From: Candidatus Uhrbacteria bacterium
GTDB lineage: Bacteria > Patescibacteriota > Patescibacteriia > UBA9934 > UBA11717
Length of the DNA: 62,653 nt
Direction of reading: 5' to 3'
NCBI GenBank assembly: GCA_018701105.1
Contig: JABIWD010000051.1
Location: 1-62,653 of the forward strand
Positions 48,709 through 58,473 of this stretch are shown here, piece after piece. A program made the translations under genes and the position numbers. The notes beneath the pieces are model-generated. The model ran no database searches and had not been told where the DNA came from. It saw nothing but the letters and a program-made list of their open reading frames with translations. Each line of letters opens with the position of its first letter. Position 1 is the first letter of the stretch.

Positions 48709-51700
48709 TTAGTTTGCGCTTATTTGCACTCTTGTTTGTATTCCTGAAGTGTCAACAGACTCTCCAAGGGCTATATCTAGTCCCGTTGTGTATCGAATAT
48801 ATACAGTTGGTTCAATGTCTATGATGTAGTCAGCCCATGCTGAACCGTAGATATTGTTCGCAACTGCTTCGCTTGGAATCCATCGTAAGATGTCCTTTGC
48901 AGGATCCGTTGGGTCCGCCTCGATCGCGTACACCTTAGGATCTGACTCGATCTTCACAAGTACATGACCTGGTTGTGGCAGCATTGGAACGCTCAAACTC
49001 ATCGTTGAAAGCGTTGCATCTGTTACCCACACAATGTCGTCCCAATCAGTTCCCCATGTAAAGAATGATCTTGCATCCCAGAATGGTCGTCGCTTCATGT
49101 CCTCGTCGACGTAGTAAACCGTGTCGAATGCGTAACTTCGCACAAACTGACCGGCTGATACCGTCGACACTGGCTCGAGTGATCCGTCCAATGGTGACGC
49201 GCCCTCCACTCCAGAAGCTGGAGCAACTCGGCGCCCTTCTGAATCTCGTGTGATTCCGAGCACCGTATCAGCCTCATCAGAAACTGCGTCAGGCTGTACC
49301 TCCGAGATAAGCTCAGGAGACGCGTCATCTGCCACCACCTCATCGGTGTCATCAGTACCCTGATCTGACCATACTCGAGGGGCCGATCCACCTCCGCCTC
49401 CACTACTTGCAGTTGTACGAGTTGCAGATACCGCTGAAGACTTTGAAGACTCAAGTCCACCAGTGTCAGACGCTGTGACTTTGTAGTAGTAGAGTGTTCC
49501 TGCTGTCGCAGTTGTATCCTCGTAGCTTGTAGTCAAGATGTCGGATCCATTAACCTGCGTTGAGTAACTTCCGCCAGAACTTGTATCTCGGTACAACTCA
49601 TACCCGACAAGGTCTGAAATCGCAGAAGCATCTGAGTTTGTTGTAACCGCAGTCCAGCTCACCGTGTTTCCAGATGTCGCTCCAACTGCCGCAACTCCAG
49701 CTGGTGCAGCTGGTGCAACTCCATCAGATGGAGCTGTGATACTGAAGACCGTAAAGTGGTCCACCGCTGTACTGAATCGCACACTAGTTACGTCTGACAA
49801 GTTAGAGGCAGGTGATGCAACAACGTTTCCAGATCCGTCCAAGAAAACAGTAGTTGTTGTTTCTGGCACCCATGTTCCATTACCACCGTCATAGTAGGAC
49901 ATTGTAAGTCCATCTACCTCTGTAGCCAACGTAATGCCAGCTGTATTCAATTCTGCAACTGTCATTGTTTTTCCAATTGAAACCGGCTCTGTGAATCCTG
50001 ATGTCAGCTGAGTTCCACCATTATCTACCATCGACACCTCGAATCCGTTTCCAACAACGCTCGTTGTGGCCGTATCCACCACATTGTTAGTCTCCTTCAT
50101 TGTCAGCGACCCTGCGCTTGTAGAAGTACCCGTAGCATTAGATGGAACTGTAACCGACAGACCAAGAGTTGCGTCAGATGCCATTCCACCTTCAGAAGGC
50201 GTAAGAGTTGTAACTGTTGGGTCACTCAATCCCGCCTCTACAGCAGTGAACTGAATGTTCTGTGATGTAGCCGGTGCACCACTGATACCGACAGATGAAG
50301 CGACCATTTCAGGTTGATATCCGTATCCGTTCGCAGTAAGCGACCAGTCTCCGTCATCAACTGCGAGCTCATACTCTCCATCTGCATCTGCTTGCACAGC
50401 CGTCCTTCTTCCGCTGTCCTCGATACCCTCAATAAAGGCGTAAGGAACCGCGTTTCCGTTCAAGTCTGTGACCGTACCAGAAATTGTCTGGTCTGCTGTA
50501 GACCCGGCTAGGTTTAGAGTCTCAGCACCTGTCACAGCAAGTGTAACGGCATCAAGGACCAAACCTGGACTATACGCGTTCACTTGGTATGAACCAACCG
50601 GCGCTTCAATCGAGTAGTTTCCACTGCTGTCCGTTGTCGTTCCCATGAAAATACCCAATGTTGGGTCACTCACCTCAACCCATGCGTCTGCAACTGGGTT
50701 TGCGCCATCTGTCAATTGCCCTGTGACCGTGTTCAAGGCTGGGACAACCACTGTAACAGTTTCTGCACTGTCAACAGTCAAAACTCCAGTGCTCACTACC
50801 GTTCCACCAGCACCAGCAACGTCCGTTGCAGGGTCGATTGGTGCCGACATCGTATGCACGAACATGTCGTAATCTCCAGGCGGCAGATCAATAGATCCAG
50901 AACTATCATTTTCAATGAACAAGTTCTGCCGTATTCCCGTACTGTCATCAAACAGCTCAATGTACATCTCTTCAAGAACCACCGCGCCACTTGCGCCGTC
51001 CTCAATGTTAACTGTCACACCAAGTGGTGTCCCTATCACGATGTCCTGTGTAGTAGCATTACCGCTCGATGTGTCGACACTGCTTAGCATTGGCAATGGA
51101 CCGGCACGGTGATCCCATGCCTCGACCGTGTACCCTGTGGTACCCGGAACTCGCAATGAGTAAGTACCGTCACTTGCAGTCTGTGTAAAGTTGGAGCCTC
51201 CGCCAGCAGCTTGCGAGTATGCAAACACTTCAATTCCGGCCAATCCTTCCAAGTTGGATCCAGAGCTACAGTCGCCTGCACCACCATCCTTCTTACACAC
51301 TGTTCCAGAAATAATTCTGAAAGTTGCGTTTGTGTCAGGCTCTAGGTTAATTCCTGTCTGATCAGCATTGCTAACTGCCACTGTTGTTTGACCAGTAGGG
51401 CCGTATCCAGGAATAAAGGCCTCAACATTCCATGTTCCATTTCCTACATACAGTGTGTAGCCTCCATTAGTATCGGACATAGTTCCGGCATCAAAGTAGC
51501 CTTCACAGTTCGCAGTACAAAATGCGTGAACTCCCGCTCCGCCCACTGCGCTTGTCCCGTCTGTAACAGTTCCACTGATAACAGTGTCGCTCTTACTTAG
51601 CTCCAAGACTACGGTCAAGGTTGCAACATCTGATCCGTCCTGGAAGATATCTCCATTCCCAGCGACTTTCACCGTGATCTCTCCAGTAGGAGGAGCACCT

Positions 51701-54700
51701 TGCATGAACGCACCAACTCGGTAAGTTCCCGCGTCAATTCCCAAGCTTGCGATTCCCGTCGTTGCAGTCTGTCCAAATGTTCCAAATCCTGCAGTTGTAT
51801 CATCCATGAATACCATCGCATCAACGATTGGGTTTCCACTTGTATCTACCACAGAAACTGGCACTGTGAATGCTGCTGCTGACAGAACGAATTCTAGCGT
51901 TCCGTCATCTGCCGTATCACTGTCTTCCGTAACGTTAGGGTTTGCAACATTAACTGGCAACCATCGCGGTGTTACTTTGTAATCTGGTGGTTCAGGCATT
52001 GTAAACCCACCACTCATGTCCATATGAGGACCGATATCAAAGTTCCAATCTCCGTCAGGCAAGTTCATTGTAACTTGATCACTGCCAGATGTGTTTTGAA
52101 TTCGCTGTACCTGGAATCCTCGTGAGCCACTGGCAATAACATCAATATCTTTACCTGTTGTTCCACTCACGTTTATGGTTACGAGTTGGAATCCCGATGT
52201 ACCTGTCAATGTGTAGCTTCCGGTTGCTGACCCGGTGACCCAGGCCTGCTCGCTCATAATTCCTTGATAAGCATCCGAGAGAACCAATGGTTCGGTCCAA
52301 ACATCGTAGTAATCCTCTGGTAGTCCGGTAAATGTGGCTACCTCGGTTCCATTCAAGTTATTTGAAAAGTCCAGTGTCTGTGTCATTTCACCTGTAGTTG
52401 GTGATGAAATGTGCACATCAAATCCTCCCGAGTTTTGTGAGCCAGCGGTCACGGTAACTGCAAGGCTATTTGCACCTGCCGCATTGATAAAGAACGGCAT
52501 CGACGTCATTGTCTCAAGCAACGTCCCGCTTGTCATCGTCTTAATGTCTACAGTATAACCAGCAGTCTCCCAATCTCGCGGAACTGACGAGTTCACGATT
52601 CCCGAGATACTCATTCCAATGAAGTCTTGCTCATCATCAGACACACAAGGATCTGTGTTCCCGGCACCACAACGTGTAGCTCCGGTAAAGTCTACCGTCA
52701 CAGTTCTAGCTGCGGCGTTAGCTGTAACGCTATTCACAGCAAATATACCAACACCTGGTCCATTACTGTCACTGTTCATTGGGTTCGTTGAGTCAAATGA
52801 GGCACCTGTTACGTCGAATCCAGTAGGGAACGTCATAACAACCTTTCCACCGTTTCCGTTCGCTCGAATCTGCTCAGAAATTGGGAAGTCAACATTGTAA
52901 CTTGATACCATCCCGGCCATTCCATTCATTGGCCAAACTCCAGCTTGGGGGACGAATCCGAATGTGCCATCGTCAAAGGCTGCAGGCAGGTCCCATTCGT
53001 TTCCTGTAAATCCAGCACCCGGACCAGATGATCCATATATCGCTACGTCCAACACCGTTCCACCCAAAACTGCAGGTGATCCAAGTGGGTTGGCAGCCAT
53101 GTCTTTGATACCAACTCCTGCGGTAATCTCGAACGATGCTCCGTCTGTGAGCGATATACCACCAAGTGAAGCCGTCATCGTTGAAGGATCCCAAGATGCG
53201 TCAATCCCTGCCATTGCAGACAAAGGAACCGAACTGCCAACAGGACTCTCAAGTGACCAGTTGGCAAGGTTTTCGATAGAAGAGCCAAGCATTCCCTCCG
53301 CAAAGGTAACGTCTATTTTATTCTGAGTTGCACTAGCAAAGCTAGCAGTTGGCGCTGTCACATCAGCTGCACCAGTTGTAAACTTGATGTTGTGAGTTGT
53401 ATCAGCCGGTCCATATCCGTCCGTATCTGCAAGCTCAGTTCCTGAAACGTTTGAAACAGCTGCTCCAGCACCAGCACCTCCTATCACCACTGTGTACTCT
53501 GTGCTTGGTTGGAATACAACTTCAGAGAATATTTCAATCTCTCTAAAGTTTGAGTTATAAGATACTGTGGCAGGTATGGCAGCGAATCCTTCATACAGTG
53601 CAACTGATGAAGTGGTAACCGTTGACGCATCAAGAGCGTCATCAATTGAAATGAACACGATCGGCATTCCTACATCCACTCCAGTAGCTCCATCAGAAGG
53701 GTTAGATGCTATAACGATCGGAGCAGTGTTATCGTTTGAGTCAGCGACCGTAAATGGTATTTGTACATCAGCAGCAAGTGCCACACCATCAGATGATGTC
53801 ACGCCGGTTGTAATTGTAACCAGGTAATCTTCACCCGCGGTGAATGACACTCCTGAAACATCGAGTTCGATGGCATCGTTAGGATCTACGATCGAGAGCA
53901 ACTGCATTCCTGTTATTGTCTCTGATGTACTCTGAGTTGTATTTACCAATGTAACATTGCCCGCCAATGTAGAGCTATCAAGCTCTTGGTTAAAGTTTAT
54001 GTTTATGAATCCACTGTTTGGTGGATATGAAGATGTATTTGGACCAGGATAGGCCCCAACCATTTCTGGAATCGCTTGTGAGCTAAATGAGAAGGCGCTA
54101 GAAGGCGTGAAGCCTACAGTGTAGTCAGAGGCCAATCCATTTCCTGAAAAGTCAGTTACGCCCATAGTCGCAGCAAATGTATGTGGCACAGAAGCCAACG
54201 GTAATGCCGATGGATCTATATTACATGTCACCTGGGCTCCAAACGTAGCGGCCGGATCATAGCTTATGCTCTGACACAGGTTTGTCCCTTGATCAGTGTC
54301 TACAACTAGTAGTACTGAGGTCGTATCGATAGTTCCTGGATCCATTTGTTCACTGAAGCTTAGTCCAGCAGAAGCGAACTCTTGTGGAATGAAAGCTGCG
54401 CTTGCAGCATCTGGGAACGAATCCGTAACCGTTGGTGGTGTCTGGTCTCCGTTCTCGTTAAATGCCGCACCTCCCGCGAACTCAGGCAACGAGAAGCTGT
54501 TCTGTGGCACAGCGGTCGCTTGAATCACGAAGTCAATTGAGTTGTCCTGACTATCAGAACCATTACCATCGAAAACATCACCGCCCTGACCGGTCATTGA
54601 GTTTGCATCAGCGCCAGCAACAGCAAGACGTTCCAGGTTCTGACCACCAGTTATGTCAGCAAGCGCGGTCCCTTCTTTCTTTGTTGACGTTCCCCAACCA

Positions 54701-55779
54701 ACCAAGTCAATTACATCTGTGTCCGCTGTAGCAGAATAACTAATGTAAACAGCGCCATTAGAAACCAACTCGGCAGCAGAGGCAGAGTACGAAGCGTCCG
54801 CAACCTCGTCTCCGTCTCCAGCGATAAAGTTACTTGGAGCAATGAGGAAGAATCCGTTCGGTGGGATTTGAGTGTTGAACATCGTCATCGCAACATTCGT
54901 ATCCGTTGACCCGTCCCAGAAATGGAGCTTAACGCCGGTCATGTCTACAGGAGTTGGACCATAGTTATAAAGCTCTACGAACTCGTCGGTGTCTGATGAG
55001 AGACTAGATACCCTAAACTCACTAATCTTAATACTCGGCAAAATAGTCACCGTTTCACCAGCGGACGCGTTTCCAAACAAATCAGTAACACTTGTCGTGA
55101 CCTGAACGGTGTTTCCCGATCCCTCGGCGATAACTGCTCCAGTTGCTTCCACGCCAATAGCATCGGAACCAAAGCCTGCTATGTCCGTAATAGTTGAGTC
55201 ATCTCCGCCGTCCGAAGTAGCAAGAACTACTGAGCCGGGACCGAACGAGTTCTCGTCTACGGGCTCGTCAAATGCTACAAAAACATTATTTATATCTATA
55301 CGTGCTATATCCTGAACGGCTGGACCAGTCGTGTCCTCTGCAATCGCCGTGTACACATTCACAGGAGAAGACGTGCAGGCCTCCATGTCACCATTCAATA
55401 CTTCGCCAGTTGCACAAGTAATTGTGAAATCTGTTCCACCTGCAGAGTTAAGGTTTCCAGACAACGTAATAATTGCATCCATGTCACCCGGACCATGGTC
55501 TACCGAACTGATAGAAATTGAGTTGGCACCAGCCACAGTAAAATCGGCAGCAACCAACGGTCCACCTTGACCATCATGAACTTGATCGTCGAAAGATACT
55601 ACTATTATATCCTGACCATCCTTCCATCCACCCATTGTGAAAACAGGCGCAGCTGCGCTCACAAAGAACGGTGACACCATCATGAAGGTGCTGAGAATAA
55701 ACATGAAAATGAGAACTGCTATTGCGGTTCTTTTTACGCCAATATCCCGCAATAAGCGGAACGCTGTAGTTCGTGACAT
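48709..55779 (-). CDS. Giant secreted or surface-anchored protein of about 2,356 aa, with LTD, SbsA-Ig-like, CarboxypepD_reg-like and Fn3-like segments (start at MSRTTAF; the ORF track extends to 55911)
   Basis: Signal/anchor AIAVLIFMFILSTFMMVSPFFVSAAAP. LTD-like SEFRVSSLSSDTDEFVELYNYGPTPVDMTGVKL. Ig-like segments P(T/I)V..S.P.DGA. Repeated ISGTVTD...G...V segments. Fn3-like VGYELYRD...YYYKVTASD. The upstream extension crosses a terminator hairpin at 55880-55900. Confidence 0.85.
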   Translation of the reverse strand: MSRTTAFRLLRDIGVKRTAIAVLIFMFILSTFMMVSPFFVSAAAPVFTMGGWKDGQDIIVVSFDDQVHDGQGGPLVAADFTVAGANSISISSVDHGPGDMDAIITLSGNLNSAGGTDFTITCATGEVLNGDMEACTSSPVNVYTAIAEDTTGPAVQDIARIDINNVFVAFDEPVDENSFGPGSVVLATSDGGDDSTITDIAGFGSDAIGVEATGAVIAEGSGNTVQVTTSVTDLFGNASAGETVTILPSIKISEFRVSSLSSDTDEFVELYNYGPTPVDMTGVKLHFWDGSTDTNVAMTMFNTQIPPNGFFLIAPSNFIAGDGDEVADASYSASAAELVSNGAVYISYSATADTDVIDLVGWGTSTKKEGTALADITGGQNLERLAVAGADANSMTGQGGDVFDGNGSDSQDNSIDFVIQATAVPQNSFSLPEFAGGAAFNENGDQTPPTVTDSFPDAASAAFIPQEFASAGLSFSEQMDPGTIDTTSVLLVVDTDQGTNLCQSISYDPAATFGAQVTCNIDPSALPLASVPHTFAATMGVTDFSGNGLASDYTVGFTPSSAFSFSSQAIPEMVGAYPGPNTSSYPPNSGFININFNQELDSSTLAGNVTLVNTTQSTSETITGMQLLSIVDPNDAIELDVSGVSFTAGEDYLVTITTGVTSSDGVALAADVQIPFTVADSNDNTAPIVIASNPSDGATGVDVGMPIVFISIDDALDASTVTTSSVALYEGFAAIPATVSYNSNFREIEIFSEVVFQPSTEYTVVIGGAGAGAAVSNVSGTELADTDGYGPADTTHNIKFTTGAADVTAPTASFASATQNKIDVTFAEGMLGSSIENLANWSLESPVGSSVPLSAMAGIDASWDPSTMTASLGGISLTDGASFEITAGVGIKDMAANPLGSPAVLGGTVLDVAIYGSSGPGAGFTGNEWDLPAAFDDGTFGFVPQAGVWPMNGMAGMVSSYNVDFPISEQIRANGNGGKVVMTFPTGFDVTGASFDSTNPMNSDSNGPGVGIFAVNSVTANAAARTVTVDFTGATRCGAGNTDPCVSDDEQDFIGMSISGIVNSSVPRDWETAGYTVDIKTMTSGTLLETMTSMPFFINAAGANSLAVTVTAGSQNSGGFDVHISSPTTGEMTQTLDFSNNLNGTEVATFTGLPEDYYDVWTEPLVLSDAYQGIMSEQAWVTGSATGSYTLTGTSGFQLVTINVSGTTGKDIDVIASGSRGFQVQRIQNTSGSDQVTMNLPDGDWNFDIGPHMDMSGGFTMPEPPDYKVTPRWLPVNVANPNVTEDSDTADDGTLEFVLSAAAFTVPVSVVDTSGNPIVDAMVFMDDTTAGFGTFGQTATTGIASLGIDAGTYRVGAFMQGAPPTGEITVKVAGNGDIFQDGSDVATLTVVLELSKSDTVISGTVTDGTSAVGGAGVHAFCTANCEGYFDAGTMSDTNGGYTLYVGNGTWNVEAFIPGYGPTGQTTVAVSNADQTGINLEPDTNATFRIISGTVCKKDGGAGDCSSGSNLEGLAGIEVFAYSQAAGGGSNFTQTASDGTYSLRVPGTTGYTVEAWDHRAGPLPMLSSVDTSSGNATTQDIVIGTPLGVTVNIEDGASGAVVLEEMYIELFDDSTGIRQNLFIENDSSGSIDLPPGDYDMFVHTMSAPIDPATDVAGAGGTVVSTGVLTVDSAETVTVVVPALNTVTGQLTDGANPVADAWVEVSDPTLGIFMGTTTDSSGNYSIEAPVGSYQVNAYSPGLVLDAVTLAVTGAETLNLAGSTADQTISGTVTDLNGNAVPYAFIEGIEDSGRRTAVQADADGEYELAVDDGDWSLTANGYGYQPEMVASSVGISGAPATSQNIQFTAVEAGLSDPTVTTLTPSEGGMASDATLGLSVTVPSNATGTSTSAGSLTMKETNNVVDTATTSVVGNGFEVSMVDNGGTQLTSGFTEPVSIGKTMTVAELNTAGITLATEVDGLTMSYYDGGNGTWVPETTTTVFLDGSGNVVASPASNLSDVTSVRFSTAVDHFTVFSITAPSDGVAPAAPAGVAAVGATSGNTVSWTAVTTNSDASAISDLVGYELYRDTSSGGSYSTQVNGSDILTTSYEDTTATAGTLYYYKVTASDTGGLESSKSSAVSATRTTASSGGGGGSAPRVWSDQGTDDTDEVVADDASPELISEVQPDAVSDEADTVLGITRDSEGRRVAPASGVEGASPLDGSLEPVSTVSAGQFVRSYAFDTVYYVDEDMKRRPFWDARSFFTWGTDWDDIVWVTDATLSTMSLSVPMLPQPGHVLVKIESDPKVYAIEADPTDPAKDILRWIPSEAVANNIYGSAWADYIIDIEPTVYIRYTTGLDIALGESVDTSGIQTRVQISAN

Positions 55780-55879
55780 ATTTAATTTTGTTACGGATCT
55801 TTTATGAGTGCATTGTATCTTATTTTGGACGAGGATACTTAATGTACATGGGGATAAACTATCTGCACGTAACAAAAAC

Positions 55880-55900
55880 GGCCATCGCAGAACGATGGCC
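55880..55900 (-). terminator. Terminator after the PLDc_N-domain gene
   Basis: The minus strand reads GGCCATCG-TTCTG-CGATGGCC followed by GTTTTTGTT. Confidence 0.65.
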
Positions 55901-55921
55901 GTACCAAGCATTAACTTTAGT

Positions 55922-56575
55922 CTATTTCTTTATCTTGTATTTCTTTCGAGCCGTGAAGAAGTAGATGACGCTTCCCAACCAGTTAGCAAGTACTATCAGC
56001 AAGATCCACGGAGCCTTGTCTTGAATATCACGCCGAATTACGTCCACCAGCATCCATACCCAGAAGATCGAGGTTACAAGGAAGAGCGCTAACACTCCAA
56101 GAATGATCGAACCATAGTCGCTAATCAGACCGCGGAAGTCTATCGTCGTTAGAACCTCATGAAGGTTTGTGTCCGAGATCATGAACGAGTCTTCCAATTC
56201 TACGAGCTCAATAAAGACTCCGAGGCCATTCACAGACCATGTTCCATTACTTCCACGAGCCTTAATTGAATACTTTCCATCAACACGAAAATGCGTATCG
56301 TCGACTTGCAAGTACTCGTTGCCGTAGATACTGAAAGTAACAATCTCGTTCTCATCCGCAAGAGCAGTCTCTAACACTGCGCCTACGTCCTCGGCCAACT
56401 CGTCTGTCATGCCACCAATAAGCCTATCCACGTCCTGATCAAGGACAGCTTGTTCTATCTCATCAACCACTCCTCCAAGCACATCTTTATACTCCTCAGA
56501 AACTGATGATTGAGCGAAAGTGGCCACTGGAAGCAGTAGCAGCGAAAGGACTGCGATTGTCAGCAACTTCTTCAT
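55922..56575 (-). CDS. Secreted protein with a C-terminal PLDc_N-type transmembrane motif
   Basis: Signal peptide MKKLLTIAVLSLLLLPVATFA. The C-terminus is WVWMLVDVIRRDIQDKAPWILLIVLANWLGSVIYFF. Confidence 0.6.
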   Translation of the reverse strand: MKKLLTIAVLSLLLLPVATFAQSSVSEEYKDVLGGVVDEIEQAVLDQDVDRLIGGMTDELAEDVGAVLETALADENEIVTFSIYGNEYLQVDDTHFRVDGKYSIKARGSNGTWSVNGLGVFIELVELEDSFMISDTNLHEVLTTIDFRGLISDYGSIILGVLALFLVTSIFWVWMLVDVIRRDIQDKAPWILLIVLANWLGSVIYFFTARKKYKIKK

Positions 56576-56750
56576 ATTTAGCTATTTATGTTTGTTTAGT
56601 GCTTATTACAATATTGTATCACGCCTGCCTTTTCTCAAAAACAGGCTTAAACCGCTCCGAAAAGCAGAGATCGTGATCGTCGAGACCGCGCACTCCGAAC
56701 GAGATACAGGGCCAAGGTTAGCGCCCTATCCCTGGCCCGTCCGGATACCC

Positions 56751-56779
56751 TTGACAGATTCTAAATTCTGTGGTAATCT
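56751..56779 (+). promoter_or_regulatory. Promoter TTGACA-17 nt-TAATCT
   Basis: cccTTGACAgattctaaattctgtggTAATCTctc, about 100 nt upstream of the ATG at 56879. Confidence 0.5.
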
Positions 56780-56878
56780 CTCAACAATGCAGAAACGAGA
56801 TAGGTAACTGATCATAGTCCTCGTGTCCCCCGGATACGAGAAATGTGACGGGTTACTTACTACCCTTGGGAGATCGCC

Positions 56879-57169
56879 ATGCGCCGCTACGTCCTTTTTG
56901 TCCACTGCGACGCCGCCGAGAAGCTCCCAAGGTCGCGAGACCTGACCCCCGACTGGCTTTCTCTGGGTGCGCCTTCTGCGCCCCGCGAGATGCGTGCCTG
57001 GCACGACCGGCGCGTTCGCGTGCTGGGCCGAGGGGATTGTGGAGCGATCCTCGGGCGTGTGAGGGAACTGTTCGGCCAGGAGGCCGTACCTGACATCGTG
57101 ATGGCGATGGTACAGCTGCAGCGTGAAGCTGCAGAGGTCCAGGAGATCCTCGAGATCTCCTACGCATGA
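56879..57169 (+). CDS. GC-rich orphan protein, 96 aa (strand assignment uncertain)
   Basis: GGGAGA lies 5 nt upstream of the ATG, with an upstream promoter and a downstream terminator. Hand-counted GC3 is 74%, GC1 75% and GC2 46%, so codon statistics cannot exclude the antisense 151-aa ORF (56726-57181). Confidence 0.35.
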   Translation: MRRYVLFVHCDAAEKLPRSRDLTPDWLSLGAPSAPREMRAWHDRRVRVLGRGDCGAILGRVRELFGQEAVPDIVMAMVQLQREAAEVQEILEISYA

Positions 57170-57257
57170 CGCGCGAGACATCGTGCCAATCTTTTCCCCC
57201 AGACGCTGTCTGGGCCTTCACATAGCGCTCGTATCAACGAGCATTGTGCAGAGGCAA

Positions 57258-57290
57258 CAAAAAAACAACCGCACACGCGGTTGTTTTTGT
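57258..57290. terminator. Bidirectional terminator
   Basis: AAAAAAACAACCGC-ACAC-GCGGTTGTTTTTG. Confidence 0.7.
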
Positions 57291-57319
57291 TTTCATAAGT
57301 ATTTTACACAAAACACAAT

Positions 57320-57366
57320 GCCGCGACCTGGAGGCCGAAGCAAAGTGCTCCAGTTCAGGTCGCGGC
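57320..57366 (-). terminator. Long compound hairpin after the YARHG gene
   Basis: GCCGCGACCTG...CAGGTCGCGGC with an inner CTGGAG/CTCCAG pairing, followed on the minus strand by ATTGTGTTTTGTG. Confidence 0.6.
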
Positions 57367-57372
57367 GAGTGG

Positions 57373-57870
57373 CTACTTTGCGCAGCCGTGCCTCTTCTCG
57401 AGGGCTTGGATGTAGTTGCGGGTTGCGACATCTTGTTCGTTGAGCTTCACCGTCTTGTCGGTGACGCTCGGGTCGCGCAGGTACCAGCCATTCGGGCCGG
57501 CATACTCCTTGGTGTACTGCTGAACCCACACCTGTGCCCTCCTGGTACGGAAGGCGTAGTTGTGGCCAACGTAGATTGCGTTCCGGATCTGCCAGAGCAC
57601 GTCGCAACGCACCTCCGGCTCAATCTCCAGGTACGCCTCGAACGAGTCCTGGAACGGGATCTGCTCGTGCTTTCGCGCGTGCTCGACCAACTCCTGGGCG
57701 TACACCTCGGGACGCTCGCAGGCCTGCGCGTTGGCGTAGAAGCCACAGGCAAGGATCACGAGTGCGAGGATCTGGATACCGAGGAGGACAATCAGCCCCC
57801 TGATCAAGTTGCTGCTGAGGAGGCCTCGAATCAGGCCAGTAGGTCGCTCTCCGTTAGTCTGCTGGGCCAT
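57373..57870 (-). CDS. GC-rich membrane-anchored protein with a YARHG-like domain (start at MAQQTN; the ORF track extends to 57969)
   Basis: AAAGGAG lies 5 nt upstream of the ATG at 57870. TM segment LIVLLGIQILALVILACGF. IRNAIYVGHNYAFRTRRAQVWVQQY...GWYLRDPS...LNEQDVATRNYIQALE fits the YARHG pattern. Confidence 0.6.
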   Translation of the reverse strand: MAQQTNGERPTGLIRGLLSSNLIRGLIVLLGIQILALVILACGFYANAQACERPEVYAQELVEHARKHEQIPFQDSFEAYLEIEPEVRCDVLWQIRNAIYVGHNYAFRTRRAQVWVQQYTKEYAGPNGWYLRDPSVTDKTVKLNEQDVATRNYIQALEKRHGCAK

Positions 57871-57940
57871 GTCGGCTCCTTTAAATCCCTGTTCTGTCAT
57901 CAAACTCGTGCTGGGATATACCCGAGTTCTTCGTGTTCCG

Positions 57941-57969
57941 TTTATACCAAGAAAATGGCCTTTTGTCAA
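57941..57969 (-). promoter_or_regulatory. Promoter TTGACA-17 nt-TATAAA for the YARHG gene
   Basis: The minus strand reads ccTTGACAaaaggccattttcttggTATAAAcgg. Confidence 0.55.
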
Positions 57970-58015
57970 GGTAAGGAGGTGTCAGTTTGGCTAAGGTAAG
58001 CCTCATAAAATCAAC

Positions 58016-58036
58016 GGCCCCGCCAGAAGCGGGGCC
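58016..58036 (-). terminator. Terminator of the 139-aa gene
   Basis: The minus strand reads GGCCCCGC-TTCTG-GCGGGGCC followed by GTTGATTTTAT. Confidence 0.65.
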
Positions 58037-58053
58037 GAGGAAGAGGTTCGGGA

Positions 58054-58473
58054 TCAGTGCCAGTAGAGCACGACCGGCGTATCGGGGTCGATGGCCCCGA
58101 AGTACGCCAGCATCGCCTCGGGGTACCTGTGCTCGACAGGATCCCCGAATGCATAGTGCAAATCGAACACGATGAGATCACCCGCGGCTACGTAGGAGAT
58201 CACGCCGTTCTTTTCCGTCACCGGTGTCTCTCCGAAGAAGACCTCCCAGTCAGACGGTAGTTGTGTCCCCTTCGATCGCTCCAGGTCTTGAATACCCTCC
58301 TTGAATTCGTCACCAGGTGTACGCACGTAGAACGTCGACAGAGTGAAGACGTGAATTTCGCCCGTGCTCATCTGGTATGGATCGACAACCAACAAAGTCA
58401 GTTCCGTGCCCAAGGGCAGCTCCTTAAGTGGAATCACCAAATATCTATTTGCTTGTACCACGAATCTGAGCAT
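58054..58473 (-). CDS. Moderately GC-rich orphan protein, 139 aa
   Basis: ORF with a downstream terminator. No SD, and no motif recognised. Confidence 0.5.
   Translation of the reverse strand: MLRFVVQANRYLVIPLKELPLGTELTLLVVDPYQMSTGEIHVFTLSTFYVRTPGDEFKEGIQDLERSKGTQLPSDWEVFFGETPVTEKNGVISYVAAGDLIVFDLHYAFGDPVEHRYPEAMLAYFGAIDPDTPVVLYWH

Noticed and set aside
55780-55911. 44-codon N-terminal extension of the giant ORF
   Set aside because: The extension starts inside the terminator hairpin of the upstream gene (55880-55900). The signal-peptide-like sequence begins at the ATG at 55779.
56726-57221. 151-aa and 122-aa minus-strand ORFs opposite the 96-aa ORF
   Set aside because: The 122-aa frame is Arg/Gly/Ser-rich junk. 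The 151-aa frame cannot be excluded by codon-position GC (hand count GC1 75%, GC3 74%). It does run through the predicted plus-strand promoter and lacks a good SD or terminator. I kept the plus ORF at low confidence.
57244-57999. 251-aa plus-strand ORF and several 60-105-aa ORFs over the YARHG gene
   Set aside because: Pro/Arg/Gly-rich shadow frames. The minus frame has promoter, SD, TM segment, YARHG-like motif and terminator.
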